Shown here piece by piece: positions 1 to 9,628 of a stretch of DNA of 64,000 bases (position 1 is the stretch's first letter; the number at the start of each line of letters is the position of its first letter). Where the stretch lies: sequence record NC_071039.1, one strand, 5' to 3'. Under the pieces are notes generated by a model, which was not told the DNA's origin, made no database searches, and saw only the letters and a list, made by a program, of their open reading frames with translations. The translations under genes were made by a program, and so were the position numbers.

Positions 1-1273
1 TATACAACAGAACTATCCTAGGTCTAAGTTTCAATATCTTGTAAAAATAAACTATAATACTATAGATCCGGTAAAATCGTTTGTTGATACTTATTTAAAT
101 AGAGATGAACAAGATATGATAGTTCCTCTAATAAAACGTATCGATATGCCATCTATGCAAATAGATACAGAAAAATTAAATCAATATAATAAATGGCGTA
201 TTTCTCAAACAAAGATAAAATTCCAGCCTATTACAATGGTGTTACACGATGTAGTAGATGGAAAAACATTACGTTTTTGGGAAATGTATTATGAATATTA
301 TTTTAATGATGGTGTTTACGCCAAGAAAACATCAGATTCTATAAGTAATTTTGATCCCATTAGAAATACATTAAGAAGGGGCGAGTTAAACGTATCTGAG
401 TTTTATAATGATATTATCTCTAAAGAAGGTGTTTTTAAACGAGATTTTGGATTTAGGTTAGATACTCAAGTGTTTAATACAACTTCGTTTATAGGAAAAT
501 ATAGTAGATATTTGTTTGACTCGATTGATATATATCAGGTTCACGGACAATCATATTCTAGAGCAAGATTAGTAAATCCCAGAATAACAGATTTTAGACA
601 CGATGCATTAGCATATGACAATTCTAGTGATTTAATGGAATTAACATTTACATTTGAATACGAAGATGTAGTGTATGATAACTTTGTTAGGCCATTGGCT
701 GAAACTGAACTTGAATTTTATGATAATGCTAATAATTTAGAATTAGATTATCAACCTGCCCGTCCGCCAGTTAGTGTTAGGGTAAGAAACGACAGTACTG
801 AGGGTGGTTTCGGCAGATCTTCGTCTGGATTAGGTAATGTATTGGGTGATATTACGGGGGATATATTCGGCGGAATTCGGTCTGGTGTATCTACAGTTTT
901 AGATGCAACTGGTGTAAATGGTGTGTTAGATAATATAGGAGTAGGCGCAGTATTAGGAAGCGCTGCTAATAGCGTATTAGGAAATATTGAGCGAAATGTA
1001 ACAGACTATGTTACTACTTTTCCTGAAAATGCAGCCAGGGCAGTAGGTGAAAGTATATTTACAGGAGAAGTAGAATTCCCGGTAGATCCGAAAGGTTCTA
1101 TGAGAAAAATATTAGATCAAGCAAAATCAGAAACTACTGGAACTATACGAAGAACATTTGAAACTGGTGTAAATACTGCTATAACTGGTGTTTTAAATGG
1201 CGCAGGAAAAATTATAGATAATCCTAGGGGATCTAGAAATACAAACGTATCTAACAGGAGTGTTGGATTATAA
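1..1273 (+). CDS. Tail-tube-like / baseplate tube-initiator protein, 5' partial
   Basis: Frame is open from position 2 (IQQNYPRSKFQYLVK...), so the gene starts left of the window. It has gp19/gp54-like 'LVNPRITDFRHDALAYDNSSDLMELTFTFEYE' plus a Gly-rich C-terminus. Confidence 0.6.
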   Translation, partial: IQQNYPRSKFQYLVKINYNTIDPVKSFVDTYLNRDEQDMIVPLIKRIDMPSMQIDTEKLNQYNKWRISQTKIKFQPITMVLHDVVDGKTLRFWEMYYEYYFNDGVYAKKTSDSISNFDPIRNTLRRGELNVSEFYNDIISKEGVFKRDFGFRLDTQVFNTTSFIGKYSRYLFDSIDIYQVHGQSYSRARLVNPRITDFRHDALAYDNSSDLMELTFTFEYEDVVYDNFVRPLAETELEFYDNANNLELDYQPARPPVSVRVRNDSTEGGFGRSSSGLGNVLGDITGDIFGGIRSGVSTVLDATGVNGVLDNIGVGAVLGSAANSVLGNIERNVTDYVTTFPENAARAVGESIFTGEVEFPVDPKGSMRKILDQAKSETTGTIRRTFETGVNTAITGVLNGAGKIIDNPRGSRNTNVSNRSVGL

Positions 1274-1728
1274 TGGCACTTGATAGATTTAGTATAGACA
1301 TGTTGAAGCGTAGAGGAGCTTCTAAGAAAGTAATACAAACGGGTTCGTCTTTAGTTAACACATTTGAAAATGGATCTGGTTTTGATAATGCTTTGGATGC
1401 TACTAGTCTTATTCTAGACAATTACGGAAATTCTTCAGTCGGCGCCGTTAATTCGAATATGTTTTTTGCTCTACGATCATTCTTTGTAAGTAAACATACT
1501 TCTTTACCTAACGCAGAAACCCTAGCATTGATGATGTTAGATGCAGCCAAGTTACTAAATAAACCACCGATGACATTAGCAGAAGAAGTGGCAAGTACGG
1601 GACAATTAATGTTAGGAAATGACACATATACTGTATTAAATTTTTTAAGACCTGCCGGCGAAAAGCAAAATCTATTAATAATAAACGATAATTCTGGGAA
1701 ATTCAGAGGAAGGAACGTCAAATTATAA
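1273..1728 (+). CDS. Hypothetical protein (virion cluster)
   Basis: 151-aa ORF translationally coupled to both neighbours. Confidence 0.6.
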   Translation: MALDRFSIDMLKRRGASKKVIQTGSSLVNTFENGSGFDNALDATSLILDNYGNSSVGAVNSNMFFALRSFFVSKHTSLPNAETLALMMLDAAKLLNKPPMTLAEEVASTGQLMLGNDTYTVLNFLRPAGEKQNLLIINDNSGKFRGRNVKL

Positions 1729-2156
1729 TGGGTAGTTACAAGCAAGGAACGTATATTCCGAAGAATCCTGGAAAATATATAGGAAAAAAATTACCATACT
1801 ATAGATCTGCATGGGAATATAAATTTATGCAGACAGTTGACGAAAATATGGCTGTAATTGAATGGGCCAGCGAACCCATTTCTATTCCTTATTTTAATCC
1901 AGTTACAAACAAACAATCGTTATATGTGCCAGATTTTTTAATGGTATACGTTGATAGTAAGGGCAACAAACACACCGAAATAGTCGAAATAAAACCGAGA
2001 AAAGAAACATTTTTAGAACATGCTAAAACTAAACAAGATAAATATCGGTTAGCAATGAATGCAGCAAAATGGCAAGCGGCCGCCAAGTTTTGCTCTGCAC
2101 GGGGTATAAGATTTAGAGTAATTAACGAAGACCATATTTATAGGAATCCTAAATAA
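1728..2156 (+). CDS. Head completion protein (T4 gp4-like, TnsA-type nuclease fold)
   Basis: G.Y.PKNP.KY.G, YRS.WE, WASEP..IPY, Y.PDF, EIKP motifs. Confidence 0.85.
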   Translation: MGSYKQGTYIPKNPGKYIGKKLPYYRSAWEYKFMQTVDENMAVIEWASEPISIPYFNPVTNKQSLYVPDFLMVYVDSKGNKHTEIVEIKPRKETFLEHAKTKQDKYRLAMNAAKWQAAAKFCSARGIRFRVINEDHIYRNPK

Positions 2157-2157
2157 C

Positions 2158-2664
2158 ATGACTAAAAGATTAGAAGAAGTATTTGATTTTGCTTCGTTTG
2201 ACGAAGAAGCGCCAGCAGAAATTATAGAAACTGCTAACGAAGAGGATGTTTCTGGCCAAATAGTAGACATAAATTCTCAATCGGATAAAATTGATGCAGC
2301 ATTAGTTGGTGTAACTCAATTGGATAGTCATGACAGAGATATGGATGAAATTGCAAAAACTGCAATGGATGCATACCGCGATTTGTGGGATATAAGTCAA
2401 AACATACATGATGCCCAGGTAGGTAAAGTGTTAGAAGTGGCACATAATATGCTTAAAACTGCCCAGGACGCCAAGGAAGCAAAAAATTATAGAAAATTAA
2501 AAATGGTAGAGTTACAAATTAAAAAAGCAAGATTGGATTGGGAAATGACTCATAAAAAAACGTCCACTGATGCCCCTGCCGGATCTAATGGTGTATATTT
2601 TGATAGAAATGAGCTAATCGGTCTTCTTTTAAATAAAGATAATGATAACTCTGCAGATAAATAA
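2158..2664 (+). CDS. Possible terminase small subunit
   Basis: Helical 168-aa protein with a gp16-like pattern (KVLEVAHNMLKTAQDAKEAK), near terL; weak similarity. Confidence 0.4.
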   Translation: MTKRLEEVFDFASFDEEAPAEIIETANEEDVSGQIVDINSQSDKIDAALVGVTQLDSHDRDMDEIAKTAMDAYRDLWDISQNIHDAQVGKVLEVAHNMLKTAQDAKEAKNYRKLKMVELQIKKARLDWEMTHKKTSTDAPAGSNGVYFDRNELIGLLLNKDNDNSADK

Positions 2665-2688
2665 AATAAACTATAAAGGAAGATATAA

Positions 2689-3291
2689 ATGAAATCTTTC
2701 AGAGATTATTACGATGCGTCAAAACGCAAATATTCGTTTGTAATTAAAATAGCTACAGACGAAATAAATTCTGAACAAAAATCTGTATTAGAATCTAGTT
2801 TAGTAAAATATGATATACTTTCATTTTCTAATTTTAAAGAAACTCCTTATCAATTAAATCCGTTAGATTTTCCTAATATACCTTGTTCTAAAGTATTCAT
2901 AGCAGAAATAGAGATGGTATATCCGGCTACACCGGATTTATTAAGAAATTATATATCTAAAGCACTCTGTATAAAAGAAAGCAATGTTCTGGTATTTACT
3001 TCTGAAGATCCTAGATTAGAAGACGCAAAAGAATTCGTGTACAGACAAAGTAAAGAATATAAAGATAATTATAAACCAGTATTAGGTTCGGAAGAAATAT
3101 GGAAAACTGAAGCACCATATGGCGACGAATCAGTTAAAGAAGCACTAGCGGCAGCTCCTGCAAAAGAAGATAGTTATGTAACTAACAATCTAATTCCGGC
3201 GCAAAAACTAGATAAAATAAACAATAAAGAAGTTGTAGTTCCTAATAACAATGCTGTTATAGGTACTAATGATTATAGAAATAAAAGATAA
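2689..3291 (+). CDS. Conserved late protein, unknown function
   Basis: 200 aa; ATAAATA at 2657-2663; N-terminus MKSFRDYYDA. Confidence 0.6.
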   Translation: MKSFRDYYDASKRKYSFVIKIATDEINSEQKSVLESSLVKYDILSFSNFKETPYQLNPLDFPNIPCSKVFIAEIEMVYPATPDLLRNYISKALCIKESNVLVFTSEDPRLEDAKEFVYRQSKEYKDNYKPVLGSEEIWKTEAPYGDESVKEALAAAPAKEDSYVTNNLIPAQKLDKINNKEVVVPNNNAVIGTNDYRNKR

Positions 3292-3320
3292 AGGGCCCAG
3301 GGTCCTAGATAGGAGAAATC

Positions 3321-4817
3321 ATGTTTAATATTAATGACATTCTGCGTCTAGCAGGAGTTCAGGCAGTTAAAGAATCAGAAATATGCGATGATAAAGACTG
3401 CACTGATGCCGAATGCCCTGTGCATGGCAAAGACAAAGTAGAAGAAACTGCATCTGCAGGCGCATCATCGGCAGGAGGAATAGCTTCTGTTGCAAAACCA
3501 TTTACTGAAGATGACGACGATAATTATGATTGGTTGGCAGCCCAACAACGTCGTTCTCGTCAATATCGCCCAGGCGAATTTGAATTTGATGAGGTCAGTA
3601 AATTAGATGAAGAAAAGGATGAAGATGGAAATAGAATTTTCCACACATTTAAATCTTGGGTCCGCGCATGTAAAGCATTAAAACCCGGTGTTAGATTTGA
3701 GGGTGACGAAGACATATGCCAGGCGTTCGGCTGCGGGGAATGGGACGGAGAAACCGGATATATTTCTAAAGATGCACCGTATCCTACTAAATGGGATAAT
3801 TCAGTTAATGAAGATTCAGCGTTTGATGAATTAGCAGGAACTGCAGATGATTATTCTGATGATATTTCGTTTGACATAGATGATGTTACACATTACAGAA
3901 ATAACTTTGAAGTAACTGATGTCGATGATATGATACAAGATATACTTGCATATAGTGATATATATAAGGATCAGGCAAAACTAGAAACTTTACCATATGC
4001 AGTTATAAAGCGAATTCACGATAAAGTTATGGGTGAAACATTTGAATCTACTTTAGATGAAATATCTAAATTGGCTGGAATATCTAATGTAGAAGAAAGT
4101 GTGCATGATATGGATATTCCTAAGACTGGATATGCATTTAATGATCCTAAAAAAGACCCCACATTAGATGATGATTACAAAGCTGTTTCTTTAGAAGAAT
4201 TAGAGAATGCATATAGAATTCTTAAAAACGCAGGTCTTAATGTATCTGCAGAAGAAATAAAAACAGTAATAGATAGAAGAAAAAATGTGTCAGAAGCATC
4301 GCCCAATTTAGATAAAGCAGCTAGTGATTATACTTTAAAAAATTTCGGTGACTTCGATAACGATGACGAAGACGATGAAGACGACGAAGACCTAAATGAT
4401 TTAGAAAATTCGGAAGATTTTGAAGATATACCTGTAGATTTCGATATAGATCTTGGACCCGGAACAGTCGGAAGCGAAGTTGCTAATTCGGTAGATGATA
4501 TTGCAGAAATTATAGCAGATATATTGATGACTAGTAACAAATATAATAGCGAGCAAGAATTAGTCAATATGCCAGTTCAGAGACTCCGTGCTATACATAA
4601 ATCATTAATGGACGAAGGCGCAGTCACTTCAATAAATACTAATACAGTAGATGCTAACGACTATTTCCCTAACGGATATGATGGAAATGTAGTAGGCGCT
4701 GCAGGACCGTCTAGTGCAAAATCTGGCGATAATGCTTTACAAAAAGCATTTGCATCTGAGAGTATAGATGATATAAGAGCGTCGTTGCATGAAGCCCTTA
4801 ATAAATTTAAAGGTTAA
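3321..4817 (+). CDS. Highly acidic internal-head/scaffold-like protein
   Basis: 498 aa, D/E-rich, SD GGAG, two LAG motifs, internal repeat, followed by a terminator. Confidence 0.55.
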   Translation: MFNINDILRLAGVQAVKESEICDDKDCTDAECPVHGKDKVEETASAGASSAGGIASVAKPFTEDDDDNYDWLAAQQRRSRQYRPGEFEFDEVSKLDEEKDEDGNRIFHTFKSWVRACKALKPGVRFEGDEDICQAFGCGEWDGETGYISKDAPYPTKWDNSVNEDSAFDELAGTADDYSDDISFDIDDVTHYRNNFEVTDVDDMIQDILAYSDIYKDQAKLETLPYAVIKRIHDKVMGETFESTLDEISKLAGISNVEESVHDMDIPKTGYAFNDPKKDPTLDDDYKAVSLEELENAYRILKNAGLNVSAEEIKTVIDRRKNVSEASPNLDKAASDYTLKNFGDFDNDDEDDEDDEDLNDLENSEDFEDIPVDFDIDLGPGTVGSEVANSVDDIAEIIADILMTSNKYNSEQELVNMPVQRLRAIHKSLMDEGAVTSINTNTVDANDYFPNGYDGNVVGAAGPSSAKSGDNALQKAFASESIDDIRASLHEALNKFKG

Positions 4818-4830
4818 TATTATGTTAAGG

Positions 4831-4864
4831 AAATAAAAGGGTGTTATGCACCCTTTTATTTTTT
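4831..4864 (+). terminator. Intrinsic terminator just upstream of terL
   Basis: AAATAAAAGGGTG-ttatg-CACCCTTTTATTT plus T run. Confidence 0.75.
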
Positions 4865-4872
4865 ATTTAGAT

Positions 4873-6441
4873 ATGGCAGCAGAAGATTATTTAATTAAAA
4901 AGGCTTTTAAAAAGGTCTTATACACAGACAAACAGATAGAAGAATTAAAAAAATGCATGGATCCTATAAATGGTCCTATGTATTTTATGACAAATTTTGT
5001 CTACATTCAGCATCCTACAAAAGGTCGTCTGTTATTTAAACCGTTTCCATACCAAGTAGGTTTATTAGAAGCATTTCACAATTATAGATATTCTATAGCT
5101 ATGCTAGGAAGGCAGCTAGGTAAATCTACTGTAGCTGGATCTTATTTACTATGGTACGCAATGTTCGTACCTGATAGTTTTATTTTAGTTGCATCGAAAA
5201 CAGGCGGCGACGCCAAAGAGATTATGGGTCGAATTCGGTTTGCATATGAAAGTTTGCCAGATCATATTAGGGCAGGTGCAATTACTTATAATAAACATAG
5301 TATAGAATTTGATAACGGATCTAAGATTAAATCAACTACTACTACTGAAAATACAGGTAGGGGAATGTCCATTTCGTTGGTATATTTAGATGAAATGGCA
5401 TTCGTGCCGTACAATGTGGCTATAGAAATGTGGACTTCTCTATCACCTACATTATCCACTGGCGGTAAATGTATAATAACTTCTACGCCTAATACTGATG
5501 AGGATTTGTTTGCCGATATATGGCATAATGCAAACAAATTAACTGACGAATACGGAAATGAACGAAAAATAGGTGCTAATGGATTTAAGCCGTTTAAAGC
5601 TACTTGGAAAGATCATCCTGACAGAGATGAAAATTGGGCAACAATAGAGCGTGAAAAGATAGGGGAAGAAAGATTTCGTAGAGAACACGAAGTGGAGTTT
5701 ATTTCTTTTGAAGAAACTCTTATAAATTCTATAAAATTAAATCAATTAGAATCTAAAACTCCTATAAGAAAAACAGGCCAAGTCCGTTGGTATGAAGAAA
5801 TAAAGCCGACAAATACATATGTTGTTGGATTAGATCCATCTATGGGAGCTGGCGGCGACAATGCTGCAATACAAGTGTTAGAATTACCTACAATGAAACA
5901 AGTAGCTGAGTGGCAGCACAACAGAACACCAGTCGAGGGTCAAGTTAGGTTGTTAAATGAAATACTTACAGAAATACAAAACGCAGGTGTAGTAGAATTA
6001 TATTGGTCGTTGGAATCTAATAATTTAGGAGAAGCTGCATTAGTGGTAATACGTGATACAGGAGAAGAATATTTTCCTGGAACATTTTTGCATGATCCTG
6101 TAAAGCAAGCAGGGGCGAATAGTCGTAAAAGACAAGGTTTTCTTACTACTAATCGGACAAAAATAGAAGCATGTTCTAGATTGAAATCCTTAATAGAAAA
6201 TAATAAAATAAAAATATCATCTTCTGCATTGATTAGTGAATTAAAGAACTATGTACACAGAGGAGCCACGTTTGAAGCTCGACCAGGAACTACAGACGAT
6301 TTGGTGTCTGCACTTATATTAACACTAAGGATGACTCAGTTTATTGCATTATGGGATGATAATACAAATGGTGCAATCAGTGCAAGTATAGAAGTCGTCG
6401 ATGAGGATGACGATAGTATGCCCATGCCTTTCTTATTTTAA
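4873..6441 (+). CDS. terL: Terminase large subunit (T4 gp17-like)
   Basis: Walker A GRQLGKST, Walker B VYLDEMAF, TSTP, nuclease GLDPS..GGD and DDLV; the ORF-track ATG 4846 lies in the terminator loop, so 4873 is preferred. Confidence 0.95.
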   Translation: MAAEDYLIKKAFKKVLYTDKQIEELKKCMDPINGPMYFMTNFVYIQHPTKGRLLFKPFPYQVGLLEAFHNYRYSIAMLGRQLGKSTVAGSYLLWYAMFVPDSFILVASKTGGDAKEIMGRIRFAYESLPDHIRAGAITYNKHSIEFDNGSKIKSTTTTENTGRGMSISLVYLDEMAFVPYNVAIEMWTSLSPTLSTGGKCIITSTPNTDEDLFADIWHNANKLTDEYGNERKIGANGFKPFKATWKDHPDRDENWATIEREKIGEERFRREHEVEFISFEETLINSIKLNQLESKTPIRKTGQVRWYEEIKPTNTYVVGLDPSMGAGGDNAAIQVLELPTMKQVAEWQHNRTPVEGQVRLLNEILTEIQNAGVVELYWSLESNNLGEAALVVIRDTGEEYFPGTFLHDPVKQAGANSRKRQGFLTTNRTKIEACSRLKSLIENNKIKISSSALISELKNYVHRGATFEARPGTTDDLVSALILTLRMTQFIALWDDNTNGAISASIEVVDEDDDSMPMPFLF

Positions 6442-6472
6442 ACTAAATATAGTTAAATTGGATTTAGATTTA

Positions 6473-7921
6473 ATGAAACTATTTGAAGTGTTTACTTTAT
6501 ATGAAGATAAAGCAGAACTGATTGTGAAAAATCAAGGACCCAACCTCCTTGCCGCTGCTAAAAATTATGGATCGAATATTCGTACGGCTGAAGAAATAAT
6601 GAATGTTCTTAAGAGTGCAGATCCCACATCTAATCAGAAATATTTGCAATGGATTACTAATAGATTTATTGCAGGTGAATTTAGATTAGAAGATGTTTAC
6701 AGAATTAAAAGTGAACTTACTAAGTTCGACCGAAATAAACGTTCTTTAGAAAAGAAAGACATAAACCAGTATAAGACTCTCGGTTCGTTATATGACGTAT
6801 TAGATTCGATAGGAAATGATACAACAGAACCAGTGTCTAATAAGCAAGCAAAGAAGCACGAATATAAAGCACAGCGGGACGAATTAATTTCGTCTGGGCA
6901 AGCAGATGTACTTTACAAAGGCCCAGAAGGTATGTTAGTTAATCCTAAGACTGAAGATGCCGCTAAATTCTTTGGAAAAGGAACACGCTGGTGCACCGCT
7001 GCAGACAACGATAATATGTTTGACTACTATAACGGCATGGGTCCGCTATACACTTGGTTAGGATCTGATGGAGTAAAATCCCAATTCCATCTAGAAACAG
7101 ACCAATGGATGGACGAAAGAGATGAACCACTCGATGACGAGGGCATGAAACGATTAATAAGTATCCCTGTTATTAAGAAGATGTACGACGATGGTATTAT
7201 TAAGTCTGAAAATAATATAACCTCCGGTGATTTTGACAGATCATATGACGATAGACTAACAGATGCTGGTTACGATAATTGGAGAGACAAGGAACAAAAA
7301 ATCTCCGATCATATTAGAAAGTATGGAATGTCTGAAAATCTTATCGATAAACTGGTTAGTAAGAATCCTCTCCTTCCATTATTCGTTTTGCCAACATGGA
7401 ACAAATACCCGGCAACGTCTGCCATGGACAACTATTTCCTTAAACTCTCTAAAGGCAAGCAACCGAAAGACTTCGGAGAAGGACAAGGACCGGGATTCTA
7501 TGAGGGAGACGTGCTCAATAGGCTGTGCGAATACATGGAGAGTACAAATTCTTGGAACAATACTATAGATGAAGCCTCATTTAATCTTGTTAGGAGATTA
7601 CTCGATGTCGATCCAAATTCCTATGTCCTTGGTAAGTTTATGGGCGAATCACCCGAAGATGCGAAGATAAAACAATATCTATTGTCTAACCTTCCCTATG
7701 CAGCAAAAACAATCGATGCAGGCGATTGGCCTGATCTGTTAGTGGCAGTGGGCAAGCAAGTACACAATGCTAAAACCCCCGAAGAGAAAAAACAATCTAT
7801 GGAATTAGCAAGAGAGGTTCTAACACATACCGGTAGTTCAGTTGCACACTGGTTTATTAAACTAATGAAAGAAACTGAAGCTGGCAGAGAATTTGAAGCA
7901 TCTCTGAATAAATACAAGTAA
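6473..7921 (+). CDS. Late protein with ADPT..KY..W and G.GT.WCT (PcfJ-like) region
   Basis: Start MKLFEVFTLYED after CTAAATA; motifs ADPTSNQKYLQW and FGKGTRWCTAA. Confidence 0.5.
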   Translation: MKLFEVFTLYEDKAELIVKNQGPNLLAAAKNYGSNIRTAEEIMNVLKSADPTSNQKYLQWITNRFIAGEFRLEDVYRIKSELTKFDRNKRSLEKKDINQYKTLGSLYDVLDSIGNDTTEPVSNKQAKKHEYKAQRDELISSGQADVLYKGPEGMLVNPKTEDAAKFFGKGTRWCTAADNDNMFDYYNGMGPLYTWLGSDGVKSQFHLETDQWMDERDEPLDDEGMKRLISIPVIKKMYDDGIIKSENNITSGDFDRSYDDRLTDAGYDNWRDKEQKISDHIRKYGMSENLIDKLVSKNPLLPLFVLPTWNKYPATSAMDNYFLKLSKGKQPKDFGEGQGPGFYEGDVLNRLCEYMESTNSWNNTIDEASFNLVRRLLDVDPNSYVLGKFMGESPEDAKIKQYLLSNLPYAAKTIDAGDWPDLLVAVGKQVHNAKTPEEKKQSMELAREVLTHTGSSVAHWFIKLMKETEAGREFEASLNKYK

Positions 7922-7939
7922 AATAGCAAGGTAAGAATT

Positions 7940-9430
7940 TTGATTAATTATAACAGAACTGCTAAAAAAATATTTTCTGTATTAAAAGGGCACAGCTATC
8001 GGGTTAAAATGTATGACCTAACAGGCAATGAAGTGATAGACCCAGAAAAAGCTCGTCGATTTTATGTTCAATATCCGAACATGATGATAACACTAGATGA
8101 AGACACTGGTGAAATTCGTATGAGCAAAAACAATAATATTTCTTTAACTGAATACGAAAGTACATTAGTTCAGTTAAAGAACATAGCAGTTCATTACATG
8201 CTAAATTTTACCTTGAAAGACTTCGGGAGAGAAATAACACCGAGAGATTTTGCATACCAAGCAAAAGTTAAAAAGGAAAAAGAAATGTCTAACGGATCTG
8301 TATCTGAATCTATATCTCCTCTAGTTGGTTCTAGAAAAACAAGTTATCAAACAATAGAAAATGTTAAAATACATGTAAAGCATAAGACACATGTCGACGA
8401 AGAGATTAGGGGAGCTCGTTCTAGAAATATTTCTGCAATTTTTATAGAACACTCGGGAGAAAGGTTTCGTTTTCCTCACAATAACTTAGTTGGTGCCCGC
8501 GCCATGGCAAGACATATACAGCAAGGCGGTAATCAATACGATTCGATCGGTTCTTATATAATAGAAAGCTGTGCTAACTATACTAAGTTAAGAGAATTTA
8601 TGAGATATATTCGTTCTAACAATCTTATAACAGAAGATAGCAACGATGTTATTGCTAATATTAAGGAAAGCATAGATAGTATAGCTACAGATTTAAAACG
8701 TCTATCTGGTGTAAATACCTACGGTATAGTAAAATCTAGGATCGAAGAAACGGAAGAAGCAGAATGCGATGTATCTGATGTAGATAAGTTTAAGGATATG
8801 TTTACTATTCGTAAGTTTGATGATAAGTTTACTGATGTTCTTCCTATAGTGAGTAAACTCGTTAAGGAAAAACAATCATATTTAAAGAAAATAGAAGAAG
8901 CAGTTTCTAAACAAATTTATATAGAGTCTATGCCTATTTTAGAAACTAATGCTATAATATATGAAAATCCTAATATTAAGTTAGGACATAGCTTACAAGA
9001 ACTTAGTTCTAGAATATTAGAAAATACATTATTAGCTAATTATATTTCGTCGATGGGATCTAAGCTAATAAAAGAAAATACTTTAAATAAATTCGAATGT
9101 TCTATAATTAAATCATTTTTTGAAAACGTTAGTGTTAAAAAAGCAAATACTAATCAAACTAATGGGTTATTTGCAGAATCGATTAACGAATTTGGGATAA
9201 ATATTCCTGACTTCCCGGATAATAATCCCTTTAGTAAAAATAAAGACAACAAATACAGTAATTCAGATTTAGATAAACACGCATCTGATCAAAAAGTAGA
9301 TGCAAATGACACTGTCTCTAAAATTGATTTTATTATAAGCAATAGTCGCGGAAGGTATAATGACAGAGAAAAATTACTAAAATTACCAGATGATGTTATT
9401 AACAGAATATATTCTAAAATTGCTAAATAA
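7940..9430 (+). CDS. Conserved virion-type protein, unknown function
   Basis: 496-aa ORF, TTG start. Confidence 0.55.
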   Translation: MINYNRTAKKIFSVLKGHSYRVKMYDLTGNEVIDPEKARRFYVQYPNMMITLDEDTGEIRMSKNNNISLTEYESTLVQLKNIAVHYMLNFTLKDFGREITPRDFAYQAKVKKEKEMSNGSVSESISPLVGSRKTSYQTIENVKIHVKHKTHVDEEIRGARSRNISAIFIEHSGERFRFPHNNLVGARAMARHIQQGGNQYDSIGSYIIESCANYTKLREFMRYIRSNNLITEDSNDVIANIKESIDSIATDLKRLSGVNTYGIVKSRIEETEEAECDVSDVDKFKDMFTIRKFDDKFTDVLPIVSKLVKEKQSYLKKIEEAVSKQIYIESMPILETNAIIYENPNIKLGHSLQELSSRILENTLLANYISSMGSKLIKENTLNKFECSIIKSFFENVSVKKANTNQTNGLFAESINEFGINIPDFPDNNPFSKNKDNKYSNSDLDKHASDQKVDANDTVSKIDFIISNSRGRYNDREKLLKLPDDVINRIYSKIAK

Positions 9431-9510
9431 AATTATTATAAAGATCATTGAAATGGATTCGAAATAAAATTAATTCTGTATACTTTGCATATTACACTAA
9501 AAATAAATGG

Positions 9511-9539
9511 TTGACAAATAGATAACTGCATTATATAAT
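9511..9539 (+). promoter_or_regulatory. Consensus sigma70 promoter for SSB gene
   Basis: TTGACA(9511-9516)-17 bp-TATAAT(9534-9539) with an A-rich UP region. Confidence 0.9.
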
Positions 9540-9552
9540 TACACCATAACTT

Positions 9553-9596
9553 AGTTTTGCAGCTAACCCGAGCAAAACTGTATTAAAAGGGTTTAG
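9553..9596 (+). promoter_or_regulatory. Candidate H-type pseudoknot in SSB mRNA leader
   Basis: Stem 1 AGTTTTGC 9553-9560 / GCAAAACT 9572-9579; loop AACCC 9565-9569 pairs with GGGTT 9589-9593. Confidence 0.65.
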
Positions 9597-9628
9597 GATA
9601 AAATAAAAAATATTAAGGATAATTCATT

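Noticed and set aside
4358-4400. GAY/GAA tandem repeat
   Set aside because: It simply encodes an acidic DDEDDEDDED tract in the 3321 protein.
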